From contig CBDHDF010000007.1 in NCBI GenBank assembly GCA_965261545.1, forward strand, positions 128,001 through 192,000: DNA of 64,000 nucleotides, given 5' to 3'. This DNA comes from Bdellovibrionales bacterium (GTDB lineage: Bacteria; Bdellovibrionota; Bdellovibrionia; Bdellovibrionales; UBA1609). How positions within the stretch are numbered: the stretch's first letter is position 1; every line of letters begins with the position of its first letter. The position numbers and the translations under genes were made by a program. Positions 11,254 through 22,295 of the stretch are shown piece after piece. The notes under the pieces are model-generated. The model saw nothing but the letters and a program-made list of their open reading frames with translations, made no database searches and was not told where the DNA came from.

Positions 11254-12624
11254 CCACATGGACAGAGTGTCGGGCTATGTTTACCAAGAAAGGGACGGAG
11301 GTGAGAAGGCAAATCAACAACATTAACCAAGCTATACCTTTTAAACTACTGGCCATGAACTCAGACTCAGGAAGTGAGTTCTTAAACAAGCCTGTCCTTC
11401 AATTCACCCAATTATCTAACATCAAGTTCACTCGTTCTCGCCCCTACAAAAAGAATGACAACTGCTACATTGAGCAAAAAAACTTCACCCACGTCAGAGA
11501 ATTGTTTGGCTATGAGAGGTTTGAAGATCCAAGGCTAGTTCCTTTAATGAATGACATTTATAAAAACCACTGGAGTCCCCTCCAGAACTTCTTTCTCCCC
11601 ACATTTAAACTTCAGGAAAAGGTACGAGTGGGAGCCAGAATCAAGAAAAAGTATGGCACCCCTAAGACTCCCTATCAGAGAGTTATTGAAAGTGGGGTAT
11701 TAAACCATGAGGAGGATGAAGCACTGAGGAGGCGTAAAGCTGAACTCAACCCCTTTGAGCTAAAGAGGGGACTTGAACTAAAACTTAAAGAGTTTTTCAA
11801 ATTAGTACGACAGGAAAATATCAAGGAGGTGGCATAAGATGAGCAAAATGACAAACCGCTCCTTGGTGTCGTTTACTTATGACCCAATACGAAGGTTTAT
11901 ATCATGGATATTCAACAACTTACAACGAAAATTGAGGATATTTTTCCCAAATTTTTGTCTTAAAACGGGAGTGAGTCCATCCAGAGAGTCTTGAAAATTC
12001 AGGGGACCCCTCCAGTGTTTTTGTCGTCCGTGATAGACCAGTATGGGAATGACCGGATAATTCCAGCGATTGTAAACAAGGGTCTGGTACCTCAGAATTT
12101 GTTGGAGAACTTGAGAATCCTGATGACTTTTGTGTTCGAGCAGAAAAAAAAGACGTACCCGTTTTTGGGACCCCTTGACTTGAACTGAGAATAAAAGGTC
12201 AATGCGCCGCTCATTGCCCTCTTCATCTGTAAAGACAGTTATTTCTGGTTTGAGAGTTTTCCAGTTAAAGAGCTTAAACTCCTGTGTCGTCAAGACAAGA
12301 CGGAAAATGTCTAGGCAATATCTCTCATTCAGGAAAGTTTCATTGAATAGAGCATTATGGGACTGAGACTGTTGTTTTCTTTTTTCTGAGATTTTCTTTG
12401 GTGGCAATGTCAGTGGAGTCCTCGCAAAGTCTAGGAATTCAAGTTTGTACTATTTTGTATCGACAATCACTCAGTGACATAAGTAAAGTCAAGTAGGTAG
12501 GCTTGAGTCAATGAGGCTAAGGTTGTTCAGATAGTGGGTGAGTTTATGGCTTCAAGTCAATGGCTAAAGAGGGCAAGAGTTAAGTAAAGTGCCGCCAAAG
12601 CAAAAAATGAAAGGAGATCAAAAA

Positions 12625-14482
12625 ATGAAAGGAATGAAACCCATAAGGTCCATGAGACCTTTATTGCTTTTGTGGTTATTGTCACTGTTGATGGTTCTGC
12701 CTTCATGTGCCTTTTTGAGCAAAGAGGGCCGAGTGAGCCAAGAGGGCAAAGAGAGCCGAGAGAGTCAAGACAAAGGTCTGAATCAGAACCAGAATCAGAA
12801 TCAGAACCAGAATCATACAAATCCATCAGGGGACTCTTCTGCATCTCTATCTGCATTTTTATCTACATCATCTACATCAAAAGATCGTGCCGCTTCCTAC
12901 AAGGCTGTGGTTCGTAAGCATGAAGAAAAGATGAGGCGAATCACCCTAAAATCAGGAGGCCGACTCCAGTTACCCCATGGATCTGGCTTCCAAGGTCGTT
13001 ATAGTTCCCATGGCGGCCATGGTTCCCACAGCGGACCTCGTGGATCTCGTCCTCATGGTACGAAAAGAGGTGATAGTGATAAGAGGGGTGACAAAAGAAG
13101 GCCCTCTTCTGTGAATCTTGTAGGCCCCGATGGTGATGTGATTTTATTTTATAAAGAGAAAAGCCAACAAGGAGAAGATAAGATTGTGATCCAAGAGTGT
13201 GAAGTGGGTCCTGCTATAGATAAGGTGAGTGATTGCCAGCGGCCCCATGGTGCATTTATAAGAAAAGTCCCTGTGAGTGACTTTAAGCGTCGCCTTCAAT
13301 CCGTGCTAAGAGTTAATAAGCTTCCTACCCTAGGTCCCAAAGAGGCTCGGCAGGTCAAAGCCTATAGAGAGGGCATAGAGGGCATGGAAGCTCCAAGTCA
13401 TGACCTTGTTCGACAAAGAGATGAGGCGCAGGAAAAGGTCTCAGGCATAGAAAAGTTCATAGAGGCCTATGGAGAAGAAAATGCAGGATCTCTTATAAAA
13501 AAATTAGCTACCTTAAGAAAAAACCTTGAGGAACTTGACTCAAAAATTGACAGCAAGCAGGAGTTCGCTGATGCCGTGAGTGCTCTGAACGGAGTCATTG
13601 AAAGCTTGGTGGATGAAGTGATAGGAAGCCCTCGGGTGAACACACGTCTTTATTCAAAAGACAAAACAGGCATTGAATACAGTGTTTTGAGAGCCTATGT
13701 GAGACTAGCATTGTCTCAATATGGTTTTGTCCCCGTGTCTGCAGGTTCTTTTATCATGGGGAGCCCTAAGACTGAAAAAGTTCGAGGTTCGGATGAGACC
13801 CCTCATAAAGTAACAATTTCTAAGCCCTTTGAAATAGGCACCACAGAGGTGACTCAATGGCAGTGGTTTGTTGTGATGGGGACAAATCCTTCAAAATTCC
13901 AAGAAAAAGAGCATTGCCCAGAAAGTTATATGGAACAAGATGGAGTTTCAATGTGCGCCGATCATCCTGTGGAGAGAGTGTCTTGGGAGGACGTCCAAGA
14001 ATTTATAAATGAGTACAATCGCAGGGCGAGAGAGTCCCACGGTGACAAATATGAATACCGTTTGCCTACGGAAGCGGAATGGGAATTTGCAGCCAGGGGT
14101 GGTGCAAAAGCAGGCACAAAAACAGCCTACTCCTTTGGTGACAATCCTTCAGAACTTAAAAACTATGGTTGGCATCAGGGGAACTCTGGATCTGGTAACC
14201 AAAGCCGACAATCAAGGTCCGTGGGATTGCTGAGCTCCAATCCCCTAGGGCTTTATGATGTTCATGGAAATGTGTGGGAGTGGGTCGAAGACTGGTATGA
14301 GAGGGAGTATCCTGAAGGTCCTGTCACAGACCCTAGAGGTCCGAGAAGTGGCTCTTACCGTATTGCGTGGTGGCGGTTGGAGCGGCAACGCTCGCTTCCT
14401 GCGCTCTTCCGATCGTATCAGCGATCGGCCTGATTATCGCTGGAGCGGTATCGGTTTCCGCCTTGTGAGGACGCCTATGTAA
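12625..14482 (+). pseudogene. Putative lipoprotein with C-terminal FGE-sulfatase/SUMF1 (C-lectin fold) domain; frameshift near 14358
   Basis: Signal ending VLPSC; TEVTQWQW, PVERVSW, RLPTEAEWEFAARG and GNVWEW motifs. The final VLRGGGW...GFRLVR lies in another frame. Confidence 0.85.
14360..14482 (+). other. Candidate DGR variable region
   Basis: RGGGWSGNARFLRSSDRISDRPDYRWSGIGFRLV is built largely from NNC/NNT codons and is followed by a pyrimidine tract and hairpins. Confidence 0.6.
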
Positions 14483-14620
14483 CCCCTTTGCCCTTTTACA
14501 CTTTTACCCTTTTCCAGGCGAAGCGAAGCGAGCCTCAGCGTGCCAGCCGTCAGGCTGGGCACAAGGCAAGAAGGAAGGAGAGGGAAAGGCTGAGCCCGCG
14601 GAGCGTGGCGAAAGCCACCC
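14483..14620 (+). promoter_or_regulatory. Pyrimidine tract plus GC-rich hairpins (candidate DGR cis element or terminator)
   Basis: CCCCTTTGCCCTTTTACACTTTTACCCTTTTCC; GTGCCAGCC-GTCA-GGCTGGGCAC at 14540-14562; GTGGC-GAAA-GCCAC at 14605-14618. Confidence 0.55.
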
Positions 14621-14695
14621 CTCTCTCCGTATTTAGTTTTTGTACTTAAGTATTGCCCGGTGATTATTCTGACTGAAAAAATGGAGGAGAGCTTT

Positions 14696-16084
14696 ATGGA
14701 TTTTCGTAGAGAACAGGATAGTATGGGTGAGGTTCAAGTTCCTGCCCATTGTTATTGGGGGGCGCAAACTCAGCGTTCCATACAAAACTTTAAGATTGGT
14801 GGGGATCGTTTTCCCAGGGAAATGATTCGTGCCCTTGGAATATTAAAGAAGGCGGGGGCCCAGGCCAATGCCCAGTTGGGACTCCTCGATGAAAAGAAGC
14901 TGCCGGCCATTGTTCAGGCCGCCTCTGAGGTCATTGAGGGAAAGTGGGATGAGCATTTTCCTTTGGTAGTTTGGCAGACGGGAAGTGGCACTCAGACAAA
15001 TATGAATAGCAATGAAGTGATTGCCAACAGGGCCATTGAGATTCGAGGGGGGCAGTGTGGTGATAAAAGTATTCACCCCAATGATGATGTGAATAAGGCT
15101 CAGTCCTCCAATGATACCTTTCCCACGGCTATGCATATTGCTGTTGGCGAACAACTTTATAAGGTTTTGTTGCCCCAAATGGGCAAGTTGTTTAAGGCTT
15201 TGAGTGAGAAGTCCATGGAATTTAAAGAGATTGTTAAAATTGGGAGAACTCATTTGATGGATGCGACTCCTTTGACCTTGGGGCAAGAGTTTTCTGGTTA
15301 TACCACTCAAGTGGAGCAAGGCATGATTCGAGTCAAGGGAGTTCTTCCAAGGGTTTATCCTCTGGCTCTTGGTGGAACAGCTGTGGGGACGGGTTTAAAT
15401 ACCCATGTTGAGTTTTCAAATATGGCTGTAGGTTTTATTGCTCGCGAGACAGAACTTCCCTTCGTGAGTGCCGAGAATAAGTTTGAGGCTTTGGCAAGTC
15501 ACGATGCTTTGGTGGAGGTGAGTGGTGTTTTAAAGGTGATTGCTTGTAGTTTAATGAAAATTGCCAACGATATTCGTCTTATGGGAAGCGGACCTCGTTG
15601 TGGTATTGGGGAGTTGATCTTGCCAGCCAATGAGCCGGGGAGTTCAATTATGCCAGGAAAGGTCAACCCCACTCAATGTGAGGCTATGACCATGGTTTGT
15701 GCCCAAGTGATAGGGAATGATATGGCTGTCAGTGTGGGGGGGGCCAATGGTCATTTTGAACTCAATGTTTTTAAACCCATGATGGTTTTTAATGTTCTTA
15801 ATTCCATTCGTTTAATAAGTGACGCCTGTGAGTCTTTTACAAATCATTGCATTGTAGGTCTCCAAGCCAACGAGCCTCGAATTCGCGAACACCTTGAGAA
15901 TTCTCTGATGCTTGTGACGGCTTTAAATCCTCATATTGGATATGACAATGCGGCTAAAATTGCAAAACAGGCTTATGAGAAGGGCACCACTTTGAAAGAG
16001 GAGGCCATCGACCTTGGACTTCTCACGGCGGAGGAATTTGACGAAAAAGTTTGCCCAGAGAAGATGGTAAGTCCCTTTGGATAG
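14696..16084 (+). CDS. fumC: Class II fumarate hydratase
   Basis: [22 protein letters not shown] and [15 protein letters not shown] signatures. Confidence 0.97.
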   Translation: MDFRREQDSMGEVQVPAHCYWGAQTQRSIQNFKIGGDRFPREMIRALGILKKAGAQANAQLGLLDEKKLPAIVQAASEVIEGKWDEHFPLVVWQTGSGTQTNMNSNEVIANRAIEIRGGQCGDKSIHPNDDVNKAQSSNDTFPTAMHIAVGEQLYKVLLPQMGKLFKALSEKSMEFKEIVKIGRTHLMDATPLTLGQEFSGYTTQVEQGMIRVKGVLPRVYPLALGGTAVGTGLNTHVEFSNMAVGFIARETELPFVSAENKFEALASHDALVEVSGVLKVIACSLMKIANDIRLMGSGPRCGIGELILPANEPGSSIMPGKVNPTQCEAMTMVCAQVIGNDMAVSVGGANGHFELNVFKPMMVFNVLNSIRLISDACESFTNHCIVGLQANEPRIREHLENSLMLVTALNPHIGYDNAAKIAKQAYEKGTTLKEEAIDLGLLTAEEFDEKVCPEKMVSPFG

Positions 16085-16982
16085 TTCAGATAGTTCAATA
16101 AGGAACAACAATTTAAAAATGAAGCACAACTATTTACATAAGATAGACTGGCTGGATGGGGAGAAAGTTCGGCCTTATGTATTTTTTCGTCAAGGAAACG
16201 AAGTGAAAGACCCTGGAAGTCGCTTTCATTGTGACTGGTTTCCCTTTGAACCCATGGGTTTGGATTCTCTAAAGATAAGTAGCCTTGATTTCTCCGAACA
16301 TATTCTCAATATGGAGCATAGAGCCTTTCGTAGCTCTCAAATGCCCATACCCCGGTGGGCCTTTTATGATTGTGCATTGATGCCGGGTTTTGTTTCGGGC
16401 TTTGCCCATAGAACCTCTATGTTATCCAAGGAATGGATAGAAGCCTTGGGAAATCGTTCTCAGATTGAGTGGACTCCCATTTCTCTTTTTATCATTATCC
16501 CCACCATGGGTGAGGGAGAGTGGATGGCTCATAATCTTTGCTCTATGAATACTTTGATAAAGAAAGAAAGCCGTTACTATGGGTTGGGATTTTTAACCAA
16601 GGCTTTTGGTCTTTGGTATGCCAATGTTGAAACCTGTTGTGGTGTGACTCAGTGGACTAGCCCCGCTCTTCGTCTCCATGCCCACTATGGAGATATGGAA
16701 ATTTTATCATCTTACACTCTAGTTCACGATTACGCTCATACCTTGACTTATCGCTTGAAGGTGAATGCAAACTATTGGGAGTCTTTTTTTACTGGCCAAT
16801 TTCATTCAGGTTTTACCAGAAAGTATCATAAACAGAATTTTGATCTAAACCATCAATCAGCGTCGAGTTTGATGAATCTTCAAGAAAAGATTGAGATGGG
16901 TGAGGGGCCTTTTTATCTCCATGCTTCAGACATGAGTCGCCATAAATTGGAGGGAGCACTCCCCCTTTATCAAATGGCATGA
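16077..16982 (+). CDS. Hypothetical protein
   Basis: Intact ~290-300-aa ORF directly after fumC; start uncertain. Confidence 0.7.
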   Translation: MDSSDSSIRNNNLKMKHNYLHKIDWLDGEKVRPYVFFRQGNEVKDPGSRFHCDWFPFEPMGLDSLKISSLDFSEHILNMEHRAFRSSQMPIPRWAFYDCALMPGFVSGFAHRTSMLSKEWIEALGNRSQIEWTPISLFIIIPTMGEGEWMAHNLCSMNTLIKKESRYYGLGFLTKAFGLWYANVETCCGVTQWTSPALRLHAHYGDMEILSSYTLVHDYAHTLTYRLKVNANYWESFFTGQFHSGFTRKYHKQNFDLNHQSASSLMNLQEKIEMGEGPFYLHASDMSRHKLEGALPLYQMA

Positions 16983-16991
16983 AAAAAAGCC

Positions 16992-18530
16992 CTATTGTGA
17001 TTGTTCAGGTTGTAATTTCTTCTTAGAAGTGGAATCGAATTTTTTGTGGAAAAGAAATTTGGAAGGTACAGCCTTCCAATTACCAGTGTTTAGAGAAATT
17101 CTATAGTCAGTAGGACATCCACCACGGCCTGTTCCTGCCACACGGTACAGCAAAGCCATCGCAAGATGAAATCTAGGACCCTGAAAATAATGAATTTCAA
17201 TACTTTTATTTTCAGAAGGTGCAAATACATAAGGCTGAGAGGTACAGCGCCACCTCGGAGAATGAAGAGAGTCATCTTGGAGAATAGTCTTTCCGTCGAG
17301 AATAACTCTCATTCCATCGTCAGAGACCATGGCAAACTCATAGGACTTTGATTTTGATCCATTGTTGGGCATAATAAATCCTGAAATACGCAATGAGAAC
17401 CACTCATAGAGTGTATCACCATTTAGGTCTTTAATAAGGGTTCCATCATTGGTTTGAAATCCGTCTTCAAAATATAGAAAAGGGGTATTGACTTGATTCA
17501 AATGGATAAGAGTTGGAATTCTCGTGCCATGTTTCAAATAGCCATCGAGTTTCTTATTATATTTGGTTTGAGAAGAATTCAGGTAATATATATATCCAGC
17601 AAGTCCGTTGGATGAAGTGGAGCATTGTGAATTTTTAAATGGATTACAGATAATTTCCACGGTGTTTACGTTCCAAGAATGACTTTTTTTGCTGGTATCG
17701 CCATTGTTATCAACAGCTACGACATGAAAACTATGTGTTCCAACACGAAGATTTGTTAGAGTTTCTGAGTGGGATGCTTGGCAGCTCCTAGGCTCTTCGT
17801 CATTCAATTGACATGTCACTGAACTCACGCCATCTGAATCTGTCACCAGTAGGCTGATAAGGGCGTCTTTATTTTCTGCATGATCTATAGGAGCTTGATT
17901 AAAATTAATGATAGGACCTTCTCCCGGAGTTTTTTTAAGTACGGGCTCTGGAGGAGGCTCTTTTTTTGGTGGACTTGCAGGTGCGGGCTCTGGAGGAGGC
18001 TCTTTTTTTGGTGGACTTGCAGGTGCGGGCTCTGGAGGAGGCTCTTTTTCTGGTGGACTTGCAGGTGCGGGCTCTGGAGGAGGCTCTTTTTCTGGTGGAC
18101 TTGCAGGTGCGGGCTCTTGAGGAGGCTCTTTTTCTGGTGGGCTTGCAGGTGCGAGTTCTTGAGGAGGCTCTTTTTCTGGCGGACTTGCAGGTGCGGGCTC
18201 TGGAGGAGGCTCTTTTTCTGGTGGACTTGCAGGCGCGGGCTCTGGAGAAGGCTCTTTTTCTGGTGGACTTGCAGGTGCGGGCTCTGGAGAAGGCTCTTTT
18301 TCTGGTGGACTTGCAGGTGCGGGTTCTGGAGGAGGTTCTTTTTCTGGTGGGCTTGGTGCAGGTTCTATTTTGGGAGGATCCAATTGCGTTGTCACAATGG
18401 GGTTTGGATTCAAGGGTTGTTGGGCCTCTTGCTCAGAACTTGGTTTGATGAACGCGCTTCTTTGTTCAAGGCAACCCACTAAAAAAAACAAAGATATTAA
18501 GAGTGTCAGTAGTGAAAAAGAAATTCTCAT
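16992..18530 (-). CDS. Lipoprotein with Pro-rich repeat stalk, Ig-like domain and C-terminal PA14 domain
   Basis: SD GGAG plus MRISF...LVGC lipobox; EWFSLRISG, SDDGMRV and HYFQGPRFHLA PA14 motifs. Confidence 0.85.
   Translation of the reverse strand: MRISFSLLTLLISLFFLVGCLEQRSAFIKPSSEQEAQQPLNPNPIVTTQLDPPKIEPAPSPPEKEPPPEPAPASPPEKEPSPEPAPASPPEKEPSPEPAPASPPEKEPPPEPAPASPPEKEPPQELAPASPPEKEPPQEPAPASPPEKEPPPEPAPASPPEKEPPPEPAPASPPKKEPPPEPAPASPPKKEPPPEPVLKKTPGEGPIINFNQAPIDHAENKDALISLLVTDSDGVSSVTCQLNDEEPRSCQASHSETLTNLRVGTHSFHVVAVDNNGDTSKKSHSWNVNTVEIICNPFKNSQCSTSSNGLAGYIYYLNSSQTKYNKKLDGYLKHGTRIPTLIHLNQVNTPFLYFEDGFQTNDGTLIKDLNGDTLYEWFSLRISGFIMPNNGSKSKSYEFAMVSDDGMRVILDGKTILQDDSLHSPRWRCTSQPYVFAPSENKSIEIHYFQGPRFHLAMALLYRVAGTGRGGCPTDYRISLNTGNWKAVPSKFLFHKKFDSTSKKKLQPEQSQ
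17944..18365 (-). repeat. ~10 tandem units of 42 bp encoding PPEPAPASPPEKEP
   Basis: Directly visible tandem array. Confidence 0.97.
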
Positions 18531-18771
18531 TGTATCTCCAATTATTTTTCTTATAAATGAACCAACTTGGAGATACATGCAGTATATTTTACACATTGAA
18601 ATAAATTTCTTATTCTCTTGATCGGGAATATAAAAATAAACTTTAATATTAATTGGAAAATGTTGTACTTTAACGAGACATTCGCCAATTGTTGTTGGGT
18701 CCACTATTACATCTCTTTAAAATTATAACAATGATATGATATAGGACTTTTTTATGGTGGAGGGAGAGCGA

Positions 18772-18915
18772 ATGAGTGCAGGTTGGCAGTTTGGAATCGA
18801 CCGGGGGGGGCCTTTACCGATATTGTGGCGCGCAGGCCGGATGGTGGCTATGTGATTCGTAAGATGCTTTCCGACGCTCCGGAGGACGAAGACGATGCTG
18901 CACTCCAGGGCAGTG
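18772..18915 (+). pseudogene. 5-oxoprolinase/hydantoinase N-terminal remnant
   Basis: WQFGIDRGG/AFTDIVARRPDG...DAALQG, with a frameshift at the G-run. Ends at the recombinase element. Confidence 0.8.
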
Positions 18916-20529
18916 ACTCCCCGGACACAATGGCAAACTTTTGGATGTTGGCACAACGTGTCGAACCACAATTTCATTTGTCTTAATGTTCAGCTCAACC
19001 TCCTTTACCAGTAGCCTTACAATCTCCTTTTTTTGCTCAAAACTCAATACCTTTAAGTTGGCACTCACTTTTTTTTGGAATTCTTGGAGTTGATCTACAA
19101 GCTGTAATTGTTGTCCTTCTTGCCTTTGCTCATACTCTAAAGATTGCTTTTCATTTTCAAGTTGCTTTATTTTGCCTCTTATTTTTTTTAATCGTGACTC
19201 TATTTCTGATAGATTTAGAGTTCCATTTTGATAAAGATCCAAGAGACGTTCCTTTTCATGTGTTATTTGACGAATCTCCTGAGCCTTTTTTGCAATTAAT
19301 TTTTCCAATGATTGTTGTTGGCCTTTTTGCTCATGAATTCTATTTGTATACTCATCTATAACTGCCTGAGGATTTTCAAGTAATTTAACTGTTTGTTCCC
19401 AAACTAAGTCATCTAAAACTTCAACTCTTACGGGATGAGATGAGCAAACTCTACCTTTAGCTGGCCATCTATGACCATCTTGTCCCATACAGCGATAATA
19501 ACAACGCTTATACCTTGAATTAGAAGCGGGTTTGCCATAGATCGAATAACCACACTCTTTGCATCGTAAAAGACCACTTAACAAATACTCATATTTTTTA
19601 TTATTCCGAGGGGAAAGTTTTTTGTTAGTTTCCAATTGACTGGATGCATCTTGAAAAGTTTTTGAAGAAATTATAGATGGAACGGGAATATATATCCAAT
19701 CCTTTTTATTTCGATCGGAAGAGCTTGATTTAGGATTTTTTGGATAAAAATTATTGTCTCTTGCTAACTTGGTTGGACGCAACCTTTCTACCTGGATAGT
19801 CTTTCTAAAAGCAGCTTGTCCATAATAAGCGGGGTTTTTAAGCATACACCAAACAGTTGAACGCTCCCAAATACCTTGTTGTTTTTTAGTAGGCACCCCC
19901 CTTATATTTAATTCCTTTGCAATTGCTCTAATACTTAGTTTGTTTCGGCAATACATTTGAAAAACATCTTTAACAACTTTAGACTCTTCTGGATGGACCT
20001 CATATCGTGCGTCAGCGGAGTCTGCTTTCGGAATATATATATAACCATAGGGAGCTCCACATAAAACGCTAACAAAGCCCTTAGAAGCCTTTTGAAGTTT
20101 ACCCCTTCGACTTCTTTCCATAATTTTTTCTCTTTCATATTCTGAAATGACTCCTTGTATTTGTAGCAAAAGCTGATCTTCGGGTGAATTTGTAATATCT
20201 CTATTAGAAAAAATAATTTCAACACCTAGCCTCTGAAATTCTTCAATTAGAATCAATTGATGGGCATATTTACGAGCTAATCTGTCTGGACATAACACAA
20301 GTACCTTTGTAACCTCCCCAGAAAAAGCTTTGTCGCGAAGGGAGTCTAAAGCAGGACGAACAAGGGTGGCACCACTCACACCATTATCCGTAAATATAAG
20401 ATCCTCCTCTACACAAAAGCTGTGTTCCTTAGCGAAATCGTGAAGACTAGAAATCTGTGAATCAATGGTTCCCTCTTGAGCTTGTTTATCTGAGGACACT
20501 CGACAATAAAGAGCTACTGATGTTTCCAT
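18814..20529 (-). CDS. Large serine recombinase (resolvase, recombinase and Zn-ribbon domains)
   Basis: YCRVSS catalytic motif, DRLAR, APYGY, LLSGLLRCKECG. The ORF runs through the terminal repeat (LPLCPGS) and takes its stop from flanking DNA. Confidence 0.93.
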   Translation of the reverse strand: METSVALYCRVSSDKQAQEGTIDSQISSLHDFAKEHSFCVEEDLIFTDNGVSGATLVRPALDSLRDKAFSGEVTKVLVLCPDRLARKYAHQLILIEEFQRLGVEIIFSNRDITNSPEDQLLLQIQGVISEYEREKIMERSRRGKLQKASKGFVSVLCGAPYGYIYIPKADSADARYEVHPEESKVVKDVFQMYCRNKLSIRAIAKELNIRGVPTKKQQGIWERSTVWCMLKNPAYYGQAAFRKTIQVERLRPTKLARDNNFYPKNPKSSSSDRNKKDWIYIPVPSIISSKTFQDASSQLETNKKLSPRNNKKYEYLLSGLLRCKECGYSIYGKPASNSRYKRCYYRCMGQDGHRWPAKGRVCSSHPVRVEVLDDLVWEQTVKLLENPQAVIDEYTNRIHEQKGQQQSLEKLIAKKAQEIRQITHEKERLLDLYQNGTLNLSEIESRLKKIRGKIKQLENEKQSLEYEQRQEGQQLQLVDQLQEFQKKVSANLKVLSFEQKKEIVRLLVKEVELNIKTNEIVVRHVVPTSKSLPLCPGSHCPGVQHRLRPPERRKASYESHSHHPACAPQYR

Positions 20530-20571
20530 TTTTAACCTCCATTATTTTCTGTTGTTTTACTTTCTGCTTTA

Positions 20572-22112
20572 GTAACTGCTCGCACCTTACATAGGAATTT
20601 CTCCCTTGAGAGCCATATTGATGGCCTCTAAGGAAGAGAACCCCTTGTTTCTCATAGTCTTGACATAACTGGTAATCCGACAAAAGTGCTTTGCCATTTT
20701 TGCTGTCCTGAAGCAACCTGATACTTTCTTTTTCACCTTATTCATTCTCAAGTCTCGCTCGGCTCTGTTGTTGGTTGGGTCCACCTCTTTCACTTTGGCA
20801 AAGAGAAGGATTTCTGCTTCATATTTTTTAAAGCGGAGCCAAAGATTTTGAGCATCTGTATGTTTCACTCGTCCTTTTTTACCATTCTTCTCTGGAAAGG
20901 GAGGAAGCTCCTTTAAAGCCCTTGTGAGAATATTCCTATACCTCCTCTGAAGAGTTTGATACTCCTTTCGAGTCAATATCTTAGATTTTCTTTTTTGGAC
21001 CAATTCAACAGCTTCCTGAAGAAGTTTTTTCAGATTGGTGGCCCATTTCGAACCAGAGCTATCCTCCACAAATTTCAATTCCCTAAGAAGATGGGCAACG
21101 CACAGAGCATGAAGCATATCTGTATAAGAAAAATAGGGACTCCAACAGTCATGTACCAAGATACCTCCATACCTGTCCAATATGCCAATATCTTTGATGG
21201 CATCTTTTCCACGGGAAGGATGGATGAACTGCAATGTAAGATCACCACAGCTATAAGTATGAATCCAGTAGTTCTTCTTATTGACTCTCATGGAGGTTTC
21301 GTCAACATGAATGACCACAGACTCAAGGATTTGTTGTTTTGCCCATTGTTCCCACTCTTGAAGAGATTCGCTCAGTTGAGAAATATACTTCAACATGGTT
21401 GAGGGTGAGATAAAGCGGCCAACGAGACCCTTGTAGTGTTCACCAACACGCTGGAGAGACATCATTTGAATGACAATAAAATTAATAATTGAGGCCCTAA
21501 TTCCAATACCATATTGGATCGGTCCATCTATGCCCTCTGGGAATGGGCCTTTGTTTTCTGTACCACATTCATGGCACTCTTTGATTTCAGAGGTGACAGT
21601 GTGGGTGTTTATCTCATAGAGAATATCAATTTTTTTACGCTCTTCGGAGCCTTTCATCTCAGTTTCCTTCAAATCGGCCCCACATTTAGAGCAATTTGAT
21701 GGAGACACTGTTTCCTTGCTCTCTGTGTCCTTACTGTTATCGAGCCTTGATCCTTTCTTGCTGTCTTCCTCAGCCCCTTCCTTATTACGGTTCCCATTGC
21801 TACCAGAGTTCTGAGAAGGGGGCAGCCCACTATTGCTGGAGTTTTTACGAGTCTTTTTTTCCAAAAATAAAGTCACTACAACTGTGAGAATGGTCAGCAT
21901 GGACTGAATAAATAGTTTAGTCTCTCGTGGGATACTCTTGTCAGAAAGAATCTTCTTAGATTCCTTCTGGAGGTTTTCAATTTCGCTTCGTAAGGATTGT
22001 TTTCTTGTATTCACGAAAGAATTATTAAATGGGGAGGCTTGAGAATCAATACTTTAGTATAAAAATGGTCTTTAGGCTAAAAGTCTGGTGTAGAAGGGGT
22101 GCGAGCAGTTAC
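20572..22112 (-). mobile_element. IS66-family element, single-ORF (ISBst12-like)
   Basis: TIR GTAACTGCTCGCACC; 8-bp TSD CTGCTTTA. Confidence 0.93.
20587..22014 (-). CDS. IS66 family transposase
   Basis: KNSSNSGLPPSQ, HVDET, CVAHLLREL and TNNRAERDLR motifs. Confidence 0.94.
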   Translation of the reverse strand: MNTRKQSLRSEIENLQKESKKILSDKSIPRETKLFIQSMLTILTVVVTLFLEKKTRKNSSNSGLPPSQNSGSNGNRNKEGAEEDSKKGSRLDNSKDTESKETVSPSNCSKCGADLKETEMKGSEERKKIDILYEINTHTVTSEIKECHECGTENKGPFPEGIDGPIQYGIGIRASIINFIVIQMMSLQRVGEHYKGLVGRFISPSTMLKYISQLSESLQEWEQWAKQQILESVVIHVDETSMRVNKKNYWIHTYSCGDLTLQFIHPSRGKDAIKDIGILDRYGGILVHDCWSPYFSYTDMLHALCVAHLLRELKFVEDSSGSKWATNLKKLLQEAVELVQKRKSKILTRKEYQTLQRRYRNILTRALKELPPFPEKNGKKGRVKHTDAQNLWLRFKKYEAEILLFAKVKEVDPTNNRAERDLRMNKVKKKVSGCFRTAKMAKHFCRITSYVKTMRNKGFSSLEAINMALKGEIPM

Positions 22113-22295
22113 CTGCTTTAATTGTTTCTTTATTTTTGGAACAACAACTTCGTATGTCTGTTGAACCCGTGTGGCTTGGTCGCTTTGATAGACACTTTTT
22201 AACTGAGCTGTCCATGGATTTTGATGTTTTGTTTGGTGGGCCATTATCATTCCTTTGACTATGGTTCGAAGCTAAATGGGAAGAATCCTCAGGTG

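Larger units (their letters stand above)
7820..11837 (+). pseudogene. rve-type DDE transposase, interrupted
   Basis: DTVAHCG...TDINTTWT|ECRAMFTKK...DSGSEFLN...SRPYKKNDNCYIEQKN joins in frame across the IS4 pair. Confidence 0.88.
7547..11891 (+). mobile_element. ISNCY-like rve/DDE element (~1.5 kb) containing two tandem IS4 copies
   Basis: Imperfect TIRs starting CG(A/T)ATTGGGTCA and containing AACGACACCAAG; 5-bp TSD AAGGT (7542-7546, 11892-11896). Confidence 0.88.
5179..12407 (-). pseudogene. Rpn/YhgA-like PD-(D/E)XK nuclease gene, split by ISNCY-like and IS1634 insertions
   Basis: N-part (RRIDLLF, LLEHKS) at 11897-12407. Middle (YRGVGRNLLSRPILLIMSS) at 7489-7546. C-part (KGIERGREEGREETALRM) at 5179-5583, with an additional frameshift. 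Pieces join after TSD removal. Confidence 0.85.
20486..22244 (-). pseudogene. Small ~69-aa ORF upstream of and overlapping the recombinase, split by IS66
   Basis: MAHQTKHQNPWTAQLKSVYQSDQATRVQQTYEVVVPKIKKQLKQ|KVKQQKIMEVKNGNISSSLLSSVLR after TSD removal; SD AAAGGA. Confidence 0.6.

Noticed and set aside
17880..18482. Repetitive plus-strand ORFs (WRRLFFWWTCRC etc.)
   Set aside because: Antisense shadows of the Pro-rich repeat.
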